Shown piece after piece: positions 38,470-48,686 of a stretch of DNA of 51,880 bases. How positions within the stretch are numbered: the first letter of the stretch is position 1; each line of letters starts with the position of its first letter. Source of the stretch: Candidatus Aenigmatarchaeota archaeon (GTDB lineage: Archaea; Aenigmatarchaeota; Aenigmatarchaeia; QMZS01); NCBI GenBank assembly GCA_023134135.1, contig JAGLVB010000013.1, forward strand, positions 1-51,880, given 5' to 3'. The position numbers and the translations under genes were made by a program. Under the pieces are notes generated by a model. It was not told the DNA's origin and ran no database searches. It worked only from the letters and a program-made list of their open reading frames with translations.

Positions 38470-40344
38470 TTACAATATCTTAAACAAAAAGAAACCACCA
38501 TTGCTTAATTTTTCTTCAACCCTGAATTTTCCAGAACCAAATATCTCCTGTATTTTTAAATTGGTTTGATTTAATCCAAAATCTTTGACACAACCCCCAT
38601 CAATAATTAGATAAGAATAATCATATTTTTTCAGGAATTTGTAATTATTGTCAATAGTATCATTTAACGCCACTTTTTTATAATCTTCAATTTCTTTAAT
38701 CCAAGTATAATCCATTTTATCCACACCGATAACTGTTTTTGGGTTTTTGCATAAACTATAAACCATTGTATTTGGCGGAAGTTCTTTTAATCCAACATAC
38801 CCCTGAATCTGTTCATTAGAAATCCAACCCACCCCAGGAGGCCACTGCGAGGTCTGGACAACATATTTTGGATAGGCGGAAGTAACCAGAATGCCAACAA
38901 ATATCAAAGAGATTATTATATATGAAGCTGCTTTATCTTTTTTTGTTGAGTTATAAATCAAGATTATGCTCCAGGCAACCAAAACAACCACAGGTATTGC
39001 AAAGAACACCCAGAATCTGTGAGGCATCAATTTATAAGGCAGGGCATTTCCTTCTATCCCAATAAACCCAATAATCAACCACAATAAAGAGACTAGCAGA
39101 TATTTATTGCGCGGTGTTATTAATTTCTTTCGCTGATACAATAACACAAGAACAGAAAACAATAAGAGTATAAATATGACCAAACCTAATCCTGTTGCTT
39201 GATCCATTTTTGAAACATTAGGCGCAATTGCAAAATCCTGTATTCCATAAAGGTCACCGCCTATAGCATACACACTCATATCTTTGAAGAAATCTTCAGT
39301 GGCGCCCATAGAGGACAACACCTCTTCAAGACCTTGCGAATTTATTACAGGTATCCAGTAAATTGACAGTGCGAGAGACAGTCCAAGCAGACCTCCCAAA
39401 AATAAATATTTTATCTCTTTATTTTTGAATACTTTAATTATATTGAATTTTGATTCTTTTTTCAAAAATTGAATCGCAAATTCAACAAAAAAGTAACTGG
39501 CATAAAATAGACCAAATACTACGGCCACTGAAGGTTGGGTTATTAAAATTGCGGAGATTGTTAGAATTGCAACTACTACCCATTTTTTGTTTTTTTCTTC
39601 TTTCATTTTTTCAATTGAATACAATGCCGGAAACCATAATACAAGAGCAAGAGTCTGGGCCCAGATGAAATGATTCATGAAGCAGGGAAGAACTGCGAGA
39701 AGGAAGGTTCCTGTTAAAGCAATATTATCTGATTTGGTGAATTTTCTCAGCCAGATATAAGCGAAAGGAAGACCTAAGGTTATCAGCAAAACATTAAAAA
39801 ATTTAAGAACCCATTGCACTGATTCAGGATGGACCTGATGCAACACACCCATCATTGAAGCATAAAAAGGAGGATAAGGTTCAAGATAATGAATTGGCAG
39901 ATGGTCTGGTTGGGTGTAAGTGTGTTCCATTGAAACATATTTTGCTGCCACAGCATGACCCCAGGGATCATCATCTTCAAGATAAGGATACCCAAAAGCT
40001 CCTGTTAGATACACATAGAAAAATGCTAAAGTAATTAACCCAACAATCAAATAATTTTTATAAGCAATATTTGAAAAGTTTAGTTTTAATTTATTTTGTT
40101 TTATTTTTTCACCCAGAGAATATAAAGGAATGATAAGGGCTATGATTAAAAAAACCTGCCAGAATAAACCTTGAATTAAATTCAAAGGAATATACAACAA
40201 AATAAAAGAACCCAAACCCAAACCCAAAATAAAGATTATTTCTTCCAAAATATCTTTAAATTTATCCAATTTTAATAATTTTTTTGCTGAGTAACCCAAA
40301 CCTAAGATAACTGCAAAAAAATAGGCTATAGCGACTAACTCCAT
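38470..40344 (-). CDS. Polytopic membrane protein, GT-C-like glycosyltransferase
   Basis: Many TM helices; acidic first loop 'EDDDPWGH' and 'YPP'; soluble C-terminal domain. Confidence 0.6.
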   Translation of the reverse strand: MELVAIAYFFAVILGLGYSAKKLLKLDKFKDILEEIIFILGLGLGSFILLYIPLNLIQGLFWQVFLIIALIIPLYSLGEKIKQNKLKLNFSNIAYKNYLIVGLITLAFFYVYLTGAFGYPYLEDDDPWGHAVAAKYVSMEHTYTQPDHLPIHYLEPYPPFYASMMGVLHQVHPESVQWVLKFFNVLLITLGLPFAYIWLRKFTKSDNIALTGTFLLAVLPCFMNHFIWAQTLALVLWFPALYSIEKMKEEKNKKWVVVAILTISAILITQPSVAVVFGLFYASYFFVEFAIQFLKKESKFNIIKVFKNKEIKYLFLGGLLGLSLALSIYWIPVINSQGLEEVLSSMGATEDFFKDMSVYAIGGDLYGIQDFAIAPNVSKMDQATGLGLVIFILLLFSVLVLLYQRKKLITPRNKYLLVSLLWLIIGFIGIEGNALPYKLMPHRFWVFFAIPVVVLVAWSIILIYNSTKKDKAASYIIISLIFVGILVTSAYPKYVVQTSQWPPGVGWISNEQIQGYVGLKELPPNTMVYSLCKNPKTVIGVDKMDYTWIKEIEDYKKVALNDTIDNNYKFLKKYDYSYLIIDGGCVKDFGLNQTNLKIQEIFGSGKFRVEEKLSNGGFFLFKIL

Positions 40345-40384
40345 AAGTTAATTGTCAAATAAATAAATGCTTTAATGTTTTATT

Positions 40385-41524
40385 ATGGTTTCTAAACGAA
40401 TTGAAGTGTCTGTAATCATACCAACGAAAAATGAGGAGAAAACAATTAGTGAGGTAATCAAAAAAGTTAAAAATATTTTCAAAAAAAATAATATTCGCGG
40501 CGAGATTATTGTTTCAGACAGTTCCACAGACAACACACCCAAACTCGCAGAGAAACTTGATGCAAAGGTTATAACACCAAAAAGGATTGGATATGGGGCT
40601 GCTTATATGGAAGGTTTCAAAGAAGCAAAAGGTGATTATATTTTCATGGCAGATGCGGACGGAACTTATGATGTATCTCAACTGCCAAAATTTATAGAAC
40701 CTTTAAAAGAAGGCAGAGCCGAAATGGTTATGGGCTCAAGATTTAAAGGCAAAATATTAAAAGGAGCCATGCCAGCATTGCATCAATATATTGGAAATCC
40801 TTTTCTGACTGCGGTTCTCAATCTATTTTTTGGAACTAAAATATCTGATGCTCACTGCGGGATGAGAAGCATAAAAAAAACAGCTTTGGATAAACTAACT
40901 TTGAGCGCAACCGGGATGGACTTTGCGTCGGAAATGATAATAAAAGCAGCCAGGGAAAAATTAAAAATATTTGAGATTCCAATTATTTATTATCCAAGGA
41001 AGGATGACAATTCTACTTTAAACAGTTATTCTGATGGGTGGAAACATTTAAGATTGTTGTTGTTATACAGTCCGCTTTATTTATTTTTAGTTCCAGGCAG
41101 TTTTTTGTTCATTGTTGGATCAATATTGTTGACCTGCATTTTACCGGGTCCTTTAGTAATAGGCAGTTTTGTTTTGGATTATCACTGGATGATATTGGGA
41201 GCTTTATTTACGATAATTGGATTTCAGATAATCACTATGGGTGTCTGGGCTAAAACTTACGCTTATTTTAACAAAATTGAGAAGGAAACAAAAACTTTAT
41301 CTGTTTTCTTAAATAAATTAAATCTCGAAAGAGGGATAGTTATAGGTTCTTTAATAGGTTTGTTGGGTTTTGCAATAAATCTCAGCATTGTTTATAATTA
41401 CCTGTATTCTGATTTTGTTATTTCCTATAGACCTGCGCTTTTCGCATTGGTTCTTATTTTTTTGGGAATACAAATTATTTTTTCCAGTTTTTTTGTAAGT
41501 ATAATAAGAGTATATAAAAACTAA
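40385..41524 (+). CDS. GT2 polyprenol-phosphate glycosyltransferase (DPM1-like) with C-terminal TM helices
   Basis: 'IIPTKNEE', 'GYGAA', DAD motif, 'VMGSRF', 'SDAHCGMR'. Confidence 0.9.
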   Translation: MVSKRIEVSVIIPTKNEEKTISEVIKKVKNIFKKNNIRGEIIVSDSSTDNTPKLAEKLDAKVITPKRIGYGAAYMEGFKEAKGDYIFMADADGTYDVSQLPKFIEPLKEGRAEMVMGSRFKGKILKGAMPALHQYIGNPFLTAVLNLFFGTKISDAHCGMRSIKKTALDKLTLSATGMDFASEMIIKAAREKLKIFEIPIIYYPRKDDNSTLNSYSDGWKHLRLLLLYSPLYLFLVPGSFLFIVGSILLTCILPGPLVIGSFVLDYHWMILGALFTIIGFQIITMGVWAKTYAYFNKIEKETKTLSVFLNKLNLERGIVIGSLIGLLGFAINLSIVYNYLYSDFVISYRPALFALVLIFLGIQIIFSSFFVSIIRVYKN

Positions 41525-41525
41525 C

Positions 41526-42908
41526 ATGAAAATTTTATTGATTAGTCCGTCAAGAAAAGAGAGCCTGTACACATCCCATCCATTAGGTCTTTGTTATATT
41601 GCGGGAATGATAAAAAAAGAGCATGAGGTTGAAATACTGGATTGTCCTGCTTTAAAATATAAACTGGAAGATGCGGGGAAATATATTAAATCCTATAAAC
41701 CGGATTTGGTTGGAATAAGCGTGACAACACCGGATTTGGTTCAGGCTACGAAATTATCAGAATTAATAAAATCCCATTCAAAGGCTGTTGTGGTTGCCGG
41801 GGGACCCCACCCATCTTTACTTCCCGGGGATGTTATTTCTTTGCCTTCTGTGGATATTGTTGTCCGGGGGGAGGGAGAATTTATTTTTAAAAATCTGGTA
41901 TCCGCAATAGAGCAAAGTAAGGATTTAAAAATTGTAGATGGCATCTGTTTTAAGAAGAACGGAAAAGTTATCTGCACATCGCTTCCAAAACCAATTGAAG
42001 ATTTGGATAGCCTGCCATTTCCGGCGAGAGAACTTCTCCCCATAGACAAATACAAACAGCTTATTGGTTTTCCGGATTCTTTTATAACTTTGATTACCAG
42101 CAGAGGTTGTCCGTTTAGTTGCATCTATTGTTCCAAAGGGGTTTTTGGAAATAGGACAAGATTCAGAACACCTGAGAATATATTAAAGGAGATTAAAGAG
42201 AACGTAGAAAAATACAATATCAAGGAATTAATTTTCTATGATGATACATTTACATTGAATAAAGAACGCGTTATGAAAATATGCGATTTGCTTATTGAAA
42301 ATAAGATAAATATTCCATGGAAATGCGAGACCCGAGTTGATACAGTTGATTATGAATTGCTTAAGAAAATGAAAGAAGCGGGTTGTTTTATAATTTCTTA
42401 TGGGGTTGAATCAGGAAATGAAAAAATACTTAAGACCATACAGAAAGTTGTTAATAAAGATAGAATAAGAAAAACCTTCAGGCTAACAAAAAAAGTTGGA
42501 ATACAAACTTTAGGTTATTTCATGATTGGAATTCCCGGAGAAACGAAAGAGACCATTAAAGACACATTGGATTTTGCAATAGAACTTGACCCTGATTATG
42601 CGCAGTTTTCAATAGCAACGCCTTACCCCGGAACGCAGTTATATAAAATGGTGTTGGAGAAAAATCTGCTGATTGAGAAAGACTGGACCAAGTACTCTTA
42701 TGTAGGCGACAATTCTCTGCCGGTTATAAGAACCGAAGAATTAAGTCAGGAAGATTTGTTGGTTGAACTTAAAAATATTATGCATAAATTTTATTTCAGA
42801 CCAAAGTATATTTTCAAACAATTTCTTAAATGCAGGGATCCGCAAATATTAAAAAGAAATATTTGCGCTCTTAAAACTTTATTAAGTTGGAATAAAAAAA
42901 AGTTATAA
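41526..42908 (+). CDS. B12-binding radical SAM enzyme
   Basis: 'PLGLCYIAG', 'GGPHPS', 'VRGEGE', 'SRGCPFSCIYC', 'GVESG', 'TPYPGT'. Confidence 0.93.
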   Translation: MKILLISPSRKESLYTSHPLGLCYIAGMIKKEHEVEILDCPALKYKLEDAGKYIKSYKPDLVGISVTTPDLVQATKLSELIKSHSKAVVVAGGPHPSLLPGDVISLPSVDIVVRGEGEFIFKNLVSAIEQSKDLKIVDGICFKKNGKVICTSLPKPIEDLDSLPFPARELLPIDKYKQLIGFPDSFITLITSRGCPFSCIYCSKGVFGNRTRFRTPENILKEIKENVEKYNIKELIFYDDTFTLNKERVMKICDLLIENKINIPWKCETRVDTVDYELLKKMKEAGCFIISYGVESGNEKILKTIQKVVNKDRIRKTFRLTKKVGIQTLGYFMIGIPGETKETIKDTLDFAIELDPDYAQFSIATPYPGTQLYKMVLEKNLLIEKDWTKYSYVGDNSLPVIRTEELSQEDLLVELKNIMHKFYFRPKYIFKQFLKCRDPQILKRNICALKTLLSWNKKKL

Positions 42909-42992
42909 AATTCCAATAATTTTTTTATAAAAAACCAATAAAAACAAAGCCCTGAAATTAAATCCTATTAACCTAAATAATTTAATTAAGAT

Positions 42993-43553
42993 ATGGGCGG
43001 AAGATGGAATTTTATTGATGATTATTTAGCGGGAATCAGAACGAACAAAATTAAGAAATATATTCCCAAAAATTCTTTGTTGCTGGATATTGGTTGTTAT
43101 TCTGATTTTAGATTATTGAAAGAATTAAGCAAATATGTTAAAAAAGGATATGGTGTGGATTTGGAAGTTGAGGAAAAACAACATAAAAATCTGACTTTAT
43201 TTAAGATTGACATCACAAAAGAAAAAATACCTTTAAAGGACAATTCAGTGGATGTTGTTACTATGCTTGCGGTAATCGAACATCTGCATTCAGCAACATT
43301 TATAATTTCTGAGATTCATAGGGTTTTGCGGAAAGGGGGCGTTTTGTTGCTTACAACTCCAACCCCGCAATCAAAACCAATATTGGAATTTGGGGCTAAT
43401 ATAGGAATATTTGATAAAGTGGGAACATTTGATCATAAATGTTATTACAATAAGAAGAAATTGTTGGGTGTTTTGGAACAAAAATTTGAAATAATAAAAC
43501 ATAAATATTTTGAGTTTACTTTGAATCAGTTTGTGGTCTGTAAAAAATGTTAA
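42993..43553 (+). CDS. Class I SAM-dependent methyltransferase
   Basis: LDIGC, 'MLAVIEHL', 'LRKGGVLLLTTP'. Confidence 0.85.
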   Translation: MGGRWNFIDDYLAGIRTNKIKKYIPKNSLLLDIGCYSDFRLLKELSKYVKKGYGVDLEVEEKQHKNLTLFKIDITKEKIPLKDNSVDVVTMLAVIEHLHSATFIISEIHRVLRKGGVLLLTTPTPQSKPILEFGANIGIFDKVGTFDHKCYYNKKKLLGVLEQKFEIIKHKYFEFTLNQFVVCKKC

Positions 43554-43588
43554 TTTTGAGATTATTATAATTAATTATTAAAATAGAT

Positions 43589-44935
43589 ATGGTCGACATA
43601 ATCTTAACCAATGTTCCTGTAAAGAAGATAATTGAACTTCATGATGCCCCAAAATTTCCTTCTCCTGCGTTGGCTTATCTTGCGGCCTCATTATTCAAAA
43701 ATAAAATTTCTTACAAAGTGATAGATTCAAAATATGATAAAATTAACGAGGAAACATTAATAAATCAGATTGGACCAGAAACAAAATATTTTGGAATTAG
43801 TTCCATGACTCATGAGATATTAAGCGCTCATGAGTTGGCGAGAAAAGTAAAACAAAAGAGACCGGATATAAAAATAATTATAGGAGGGTGCCACGGAACA
43901 GCTCTTCCAAAACAAACTCTTGAGGAATTTAATTATTTTGATATTGTTGTGATTGGCGAGGGCGAGGAAACCCTGATTGAGATTATGAAATCAAAGACTC
44001 TTTCTAAAGTCAAAGGTGTGGCGTTCCGAAAAGATAAAGAAATAATAGTAAATGAAAGGAGAGAATATATTGATATTGATAGTATAACCCCTAAATGGGA
44101 CGATTTTAGACCGGCTAAATTTTATATAGTTGGTTGTTCGCGCGGATGCCCTTTTCAATGTGTTTTTTGCATGAGGGTGTTGGGAAATAAAGTCAGACAA
44201 AGGAGCATTGCAAAGGTAATTAAAGAATTAAAATATCTTGTTGAAGAAATGGGCGCAGAGGAAATATTTTTCTCAGACGAGACATTCACATTAGATAAAA
44301 AATTCGTTAATGAATTTTGTTCTGCATTGAGAAAGGAACAACTCCATAAAAAAATGAAATGGTGGATTCAAACAAGAAGCGGCACTGTGAATGAAGATAT
44401 ATTGAAAAATATCAAAAATGCGGGATGTTACAAACTTGGTTTTGGGGTTGAGAGCGGGGACGAGGAAATAATTAAAATAATTAAAAAAGGGATTTCTCTT
44501 GAGCAGGTGGAAAAAGATGTAAAGCTCGCCAAGAAATTAAAATTTGTTACCTGTTCTTATTTTATTATAGGTCATCCCGGAGATACAAAAAAAACCATAT
44601 GGAAAACAATTAAATTTGCCTCCAAGATCAATACTTATGAAACTTCTTTTGGGATAATGATTCCTTATCCGGGAACAGAAGTATATGGTTTTGCTTTGGC
44701 GAAAGAATATAATTATAGGTTGTTAACTACAAGCTGGTCCGCATATAATAAACAACTGGGTTCTGCGCTTGAGTTGACAAACATAACCAGAAAAGAGTTA
44801 TCTTTACTTCAGATTTATGCTTATTCTTACGTATTTCTGGCGAATCTGCGGTTTCTGGATATGCTATATTTTATATGGAGTTATAAACAGACTGTGGTGG
44901 AGATGATTAAGAACTTGATTTTCACTAAAAAATAA
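43589..44935 (+). CDS. B12-binding radical SAM enzyme
   Basis: 'LAYLAA', 'GGCHGT', 'IGEGE', 'SRGCPFQCVFC', 'GVESG', 'PYPGT'. Confidence 0.93.
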   Translation: MVDIILTNVPVKKIIELHDAPKFPSPALAYLAASLFKNKISYKVIDSKYDKINEETLINQIGPETKYFGISSMTHEILSAHELARKVKQKRPDIKIIIGGCHGTALPKQTLEEFNYFDIVVIGEGEETLIEIMKSKTLSKVKGVAFRKDKEIIVNERREYIDIDSITPKWDDFRPAKFYIVGCSRGCPFQCVFCMRVLGNKVRQRSIAKVIKELKYLVEEMGAEEIFFSDETFTLDKKFVNEFCSALRKEQLHKKMKWWIQTRSGTVNEDILKNIKNAGCYKLGFGVESGDEEIIKIIKKGISLEQVEKDVKLAKKLKFVTCSYFIIGHPGDTKKTIWKTIKFASKINTYETSFGIMIPYPGTEVYGFALAKEYNYRLLTTSWSAYNKQLGSALELTNITRKELSLLQIYAYSYVFLANLRFLDMLYFIWSYKQTVVEMIKNLIFTKK

Positions 44936-45010
44936 CCCGAGATAAATAAAATTCTATTCAGCAAACTAATCCAAAATATTTTTAAACATTCAGTTATTTT
45001 TGATTGAGTT

Positions 45011-45934
45011 TTATTTAACTTTTAACCAACACAATAATCCAATCCCTCCGAGGATATATTCTTCAATTAAAATTCCCAGTGAAAATGCAATAGCTAGTTC
45101 CGGGGATATTCCAAAAGTTGATAATAGCAAAACCGCAGCGGCTTCTCTTGTGCCTATGCCGGAAATTGAGATTGGAATTAACTGAACCAGAATTAGTATT
45201 GGGGCTATTAGACAAATTGAAAAATAAGATAAATTTAATCCAAGGGAAAGCGATAAAAACCAGTGTTGCGCAAAACAAACAAACCAAACAAGAACAGTCA
45301 ACAAGAAATTAATGAAAATATTTTTTTTATTCATTTTTTCAATATTTTTATAAAAAATATTAATATTTTCTCCCGCAAAACTTTTGTATTTTTTCGGAAC
45401 TAATAATTTGTAAAAAGGCATTCCTATTTTTTTAATCAATTTTTCGTTTCTTAAAAAGAAGATTCCAATAATAAACAATACAAAGAATGCCAGAAATAAA
45501 TAACTCAGATAAGATAAATGTGTTTTATTTAAGAATAAACTGAAAACAGCGAATATTCCAAGAATGAATAGGACAAAAATATCATTAAGTCTGTCAACAA
45601 GAATTGTGAGAAAACTTTTTCCGGGTTTTGATTTCAGGAATTTTACTTTTGTAAATTCACCCAGTTTTCCGGGGGTCAACATACCAATACCATACCCTGC
45701 AACCCATGCAAAAATACCTTTAGGCAAACTCAACCTATCTTTTTTATCAATAACAACCAACCATTTTGCGGTGTTTATGATGACTTCCGGGACAATGAAT
45801 AAAATTGATATCAATAGATAAGTATAATTCATTGATTTGAATGAATCCAATAAAAGATTCAAATTAATCGTTGACATTAAATAGATAAATATACCTATAC
45901 CTATTAATCCAATTAATCTGAAATAGTTTTTCAT
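45011..45934 (-). CDS. LPG-synthase TM / flippase-like membrane protein (UPF0104)
   Basis: 'TPGKLGEF.K', 'DRLND', 'IPISISGIGTREA'. Confidence 0.85.
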   Translation of the reverse strand: MKNYFRLIGLIGIGIFIYLMSTINLNLLLDSFKSMNYTYLLISILFIVPEVIINTAKWLVVIDKKDRLSLPKGIFAWVAGYGIGMLTPGKLGEFTKVKFLKSKPGKSFLTILVDRLNDIFVLFILGIFAVFSLFLNKTHLSYLSYLFLAFFVLFIIGIFFLRNEKLIKKIGMPFYKLLVPKKYKSFAGENINIFYKNIEKMNKKNIFINFLLTVLVWFVCFAQHWFLSLSLGLNLSYFSICLIAPILILVQLIPISISGIGTREAAAVLLLSTFGISPELAIAFSLGILIEEYILGGIGLLCWLKVK

Positions 45935-46055
45935 AATATATTTACTTTCAAATAACCGAAGGTTTTTATATGATTGGATTAAAATAATCTAATTTTGATT
46001 GTTAAAATGGATTCTAAATATTTTAATAACTTAAAAACTTATTTCAAATAATAAA

Positions 46056-47798
46056 ATGGAGAAGAATATTCTGATTGGCGGCGAGGCAGGAAAAGGAATA
46101 GCTAAAACCACAATTTTAATAAGCAAAGTTTTTACGAAATTAGGATATTATGTATTTAATTACCGGGAATACCAGTCTTTGATTAAAGGAGGATTTAATT
46201 TCAATATTTTGAAGATTTCAGATAAACCCATATATTCTCATGAGAATTCTTATGATGTGATTTTTGCTTTAAATCAGGATATAATAAACAAACATGAGAA
46301 ATATTTAAAAGAGGATGGATTTATAATCGGAGACAAAAACCTGAAAGGAAACACTCGTCTTCTGGACGGTGCAAGCGTTTCTTTTGGAAACGATGCATCA
46401 TTTTCGAAGAAAATGAATGCCCCTTTTTTGCAAAACAAAAAAGAGGGAAATCTGATTGGAATTGATGTGCAAGCTCTTCTTGAGAAAACTAAAGCTCCGG
46501 CAAAATTAGGAAATGATATATTGATTGGGGCTTTGGCAAAGGTATTGGGACTTCCAGTTGAACCTGTTATTGAAGTGGTAAAGAATGCGTTTAAGAAGAA
46601 TTTTGAATTGTTGGAAGCCACCATAAGAGCGGGATATGAATGCGTTGAACCAAAGATAGAGTTTGATAAACCTAAGAATAATGAGGAGAAATATTTCATA
46701 ACCGGGAACGAGGCCATTTCAGCGGGAGCAATTGCTTCAGGGATTGATATGTATATTGCTTATCCCATAACCCCCGCAACACCAGTTCTTCATATTCTTG
46801 CGTCAAAACAAATAGAGTATGATTATATGGTTGTTCAGCCTGAAAATGAAATTGCTGTTGCTTGTTCAGCGCTGGGCGCAAGTTATGCTGGCACGAATAC
46901 AATGATAGGAACTTCAGGCGCGGGATTTTCTTTAATGGCAGAAGCATTAAGTATGCAGGGAATATCAGAAGTGCCTTTGGTTGTTTATCTCAGCCAAAGA
47001 ACAGGTCCTGCTACAGGGGTGCCAACATATAATTCTCAAGGGGACTTAAAATTTGCTGTAAATATAGGGCATGGTGAATTTATCCGTGTTGTTGTTGCTC
47101 CGGGGGACGCAAAGGAATGTTTTTACAGGACAATTGAAGCCTTCCATTTAGCATCTAAATACAGGGTGCTTGTAATGATTCTTGGGGATAAGCATGTTGG
47201 AGAAAGCAATTATAGTTTTGATGATTTTGAAGAATCAAAAATTAAACCAACACGAGGAATTACAGAACCCTGCGAGGATTACAAAAGTTATTTGATAACT
47301 GAAGACGGGGTTTCACCAAGGTCTGTTCCGGGGCAAGGGGCGGTTGTGAAAACTTCAAGTTATGAGCATGATGAATACGGGCATACAACTGAAAAGGGAG
47401 ATGAAGTGATTAAGATGAATGACAAAAGATTTAAGAAACTTGAAAAATTAAAAGAAGAAATAGATACCTTAGTGCCTGTTTATCTTCACGGAGAAGGAAG
47501 AAAATTAATTATTGGATGGGGTTCAACAAAAGGCGCAATAGTGGACGCTTTGAAAGATTTGCCTGATTTCAGGTTTTTGCAGGTTTCCTATATATCGCCT
47601 TTCCCTATGGAAGAAGTAAAAAGAGAAATAGAGAACTCTGATGAGGTTGTTCTTGTTGAAAACAATGCCACAGGGTTGCTTGGAGATATTATTGCTGAGC
47701 AGACAGGAAATATTATAAATAAAAAGGTTTTAAAATATGATGGAAGACCTTTCACTTCCAATGAAATTGTTGAAAAGGTCAACGGGGCAGTAAAATGA
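46056..47798 (+). CDS. korA: 2-oxoacid:ferredoxin oxidoreductase alpha subunit
   Basis: 'GGEAGKGI', 'TGNEA', 'AYPITPAT', 'ENEIA', 'QRTGPATGVPT', 'GWGSTKG'. Confidence 0.93.
   Translation: MEKNILIGGEAGKGIAKTTILISKVFTKLGYYVFNYREYQSLIKGGFNFNILKISDKPIYSHENSYDVIFALNQDIINKHEKYLKEDGFIIGDKNLKGNTRLLDGASVSFGNDASFSKKMNAPFLQNKKEGNLIGIDVQALLEKTKAPAKLGNDILIGALAKVLGLPVEPVIEVVKNAFKKNFELLEATIRAGYECVEPKIEFDKPKNNEEKYFITGNEAISAGAIASGIDMYIAYPITPATPVLHILASKQIEYDYMVVQPENEIAVACSALGASYAGTNTMIGTSGAGFSLMAEALSMQGISEVPLVVYLSQRTGPATGVPTYNSQGDLKFAVNIGHGEFIRVVVAPGDAKECFYRTIEAFHLASKYRVLVMILGDKHVGESNYSFDDFEESKIKPTRGITEPCEDYKSYLITEDGVSPRSVPGQGAVVKTSSYEHDEYGHTTEKGDEVIKMNDKRFKKLEKLKEEIDTLVPVYLHGEGRKLIIGWGSTKGAIVDALKDLPDFRFLQVSYISPFPMEEVKREIENSDEVVLVENNATGLLGDIIAEQTGNIINKKVLKYDGRPFTSNEIVEKVNGAVK
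46347..46450. mobile_element. In-frame 99-bp multi-hairpin insertion in korA
   Basis: Four stems; GGAAA at 46347-46351 and 46446-46450 (99 bp apart); shares a 13/16 motif with the 2503-2518 element. Confidence 0.6.
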
Positions 47799-48661
47799 AA
47801 ATAGAGGAATTAAATACAGGGGAGAAAACAACCTGGTGTCCGGGTTGCACAGATTTCGGAATTCTAACTTCAGTTAAACAGGCAATAACAAATCTTGTAA
47901 ATGCGGATAAAATAAAACGCGAAAATGTTGTTGGGGTTAGCGGTGTCGGGTGTTTTGACAAAATTTATGATTATATCAATATAAACTTTTTCCACACTCT
48001 GCATGGGAGAACTTTGCCAACAATGTTCGGGATAAAACTTGCAAATCCTGAATTGAAGGTTATTGGATTTGGAGGAGATGGTTCAACTTACGCGGAGGGA
48101 ATGGCTCATGTTGTGCATTCCTGCAGGTATAATGAGGATACAACTTTTATTGTTTTTGATAACCAGAGATTTTCATTGACAACAGGGCAGGCAACACCTA
48201 TGAGCGAAAAAGGTTTTGCAGGACCATCAACGCCTTTAGGTGTGCAGGAAAAACCAGTAAATCCTTTAGTCCTTACCATGACCTGCGGCGCAAGTTTTGT
48301 TTCAAGAGGTTTTGCATTGGATGTTCCGGGTTTAACTAAATTAATTGAGGCGGCTGTAATGCACAAGGGTTTCTCTTTTGTGGAAGTTCTTCAACCTTGC
48401 ATCTCTTATCACAATACCATACAATTTCTTAGAGATCATATTTATAAACTCGAAAATCATGATATAGGAAATTATGATGAAGCAATGAAAAAAGCTCTTG
48501 AATGGGGTTATTGTCAGGATGAAAATTCAAGAATCCCTACAGGCATTTTTTATGAAACAAATAAACTGATTTATGAGGACCAGTGGCCGCAATTAAAACC
48601 CTGGTATAATGTCAAAAGAAATCCGGATTTCAGGAAAATTCTTCAGGAATTCAAAGAATAA
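47795..48661 (+). CDS. korB: 2-oxoacid:ferredoxin oxidoreductase beta subunit
   Basis: 'WCPGC', 'LHGR', TPP motif 'GGDG...DN', 'LTTGQATP', 'LQPC'. Confidence 0.93.
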   Translation: MKIEELNTGEKTTWCPGCTDFGILTSVKQAITNLVNADKIKRENVVGVSGVGCFDKIYDYININFFHTLHGRTLPTMFGIKLANPELKVIGFGGDGSTYAEGMAHVVHSCRYNEDTTFIVFDNQRFSLTTGQATPMSEKGFAGPSTPLGVQEKPVNPLVLTMTCGASFVSRGFALDVPGLTKLIEAAVMHKGFSFVEVLQPCISYHNTIQFLRDHIYKLENHDIGNYDEAMKKALEWGYCQDENSRIPTGIFYETNKLIYEDQWPQLKPWYNVKRNPDFRKILQEFKE

Positions 48662-48686
48662 TATATTTTGTAAAGTGTGTTATATT

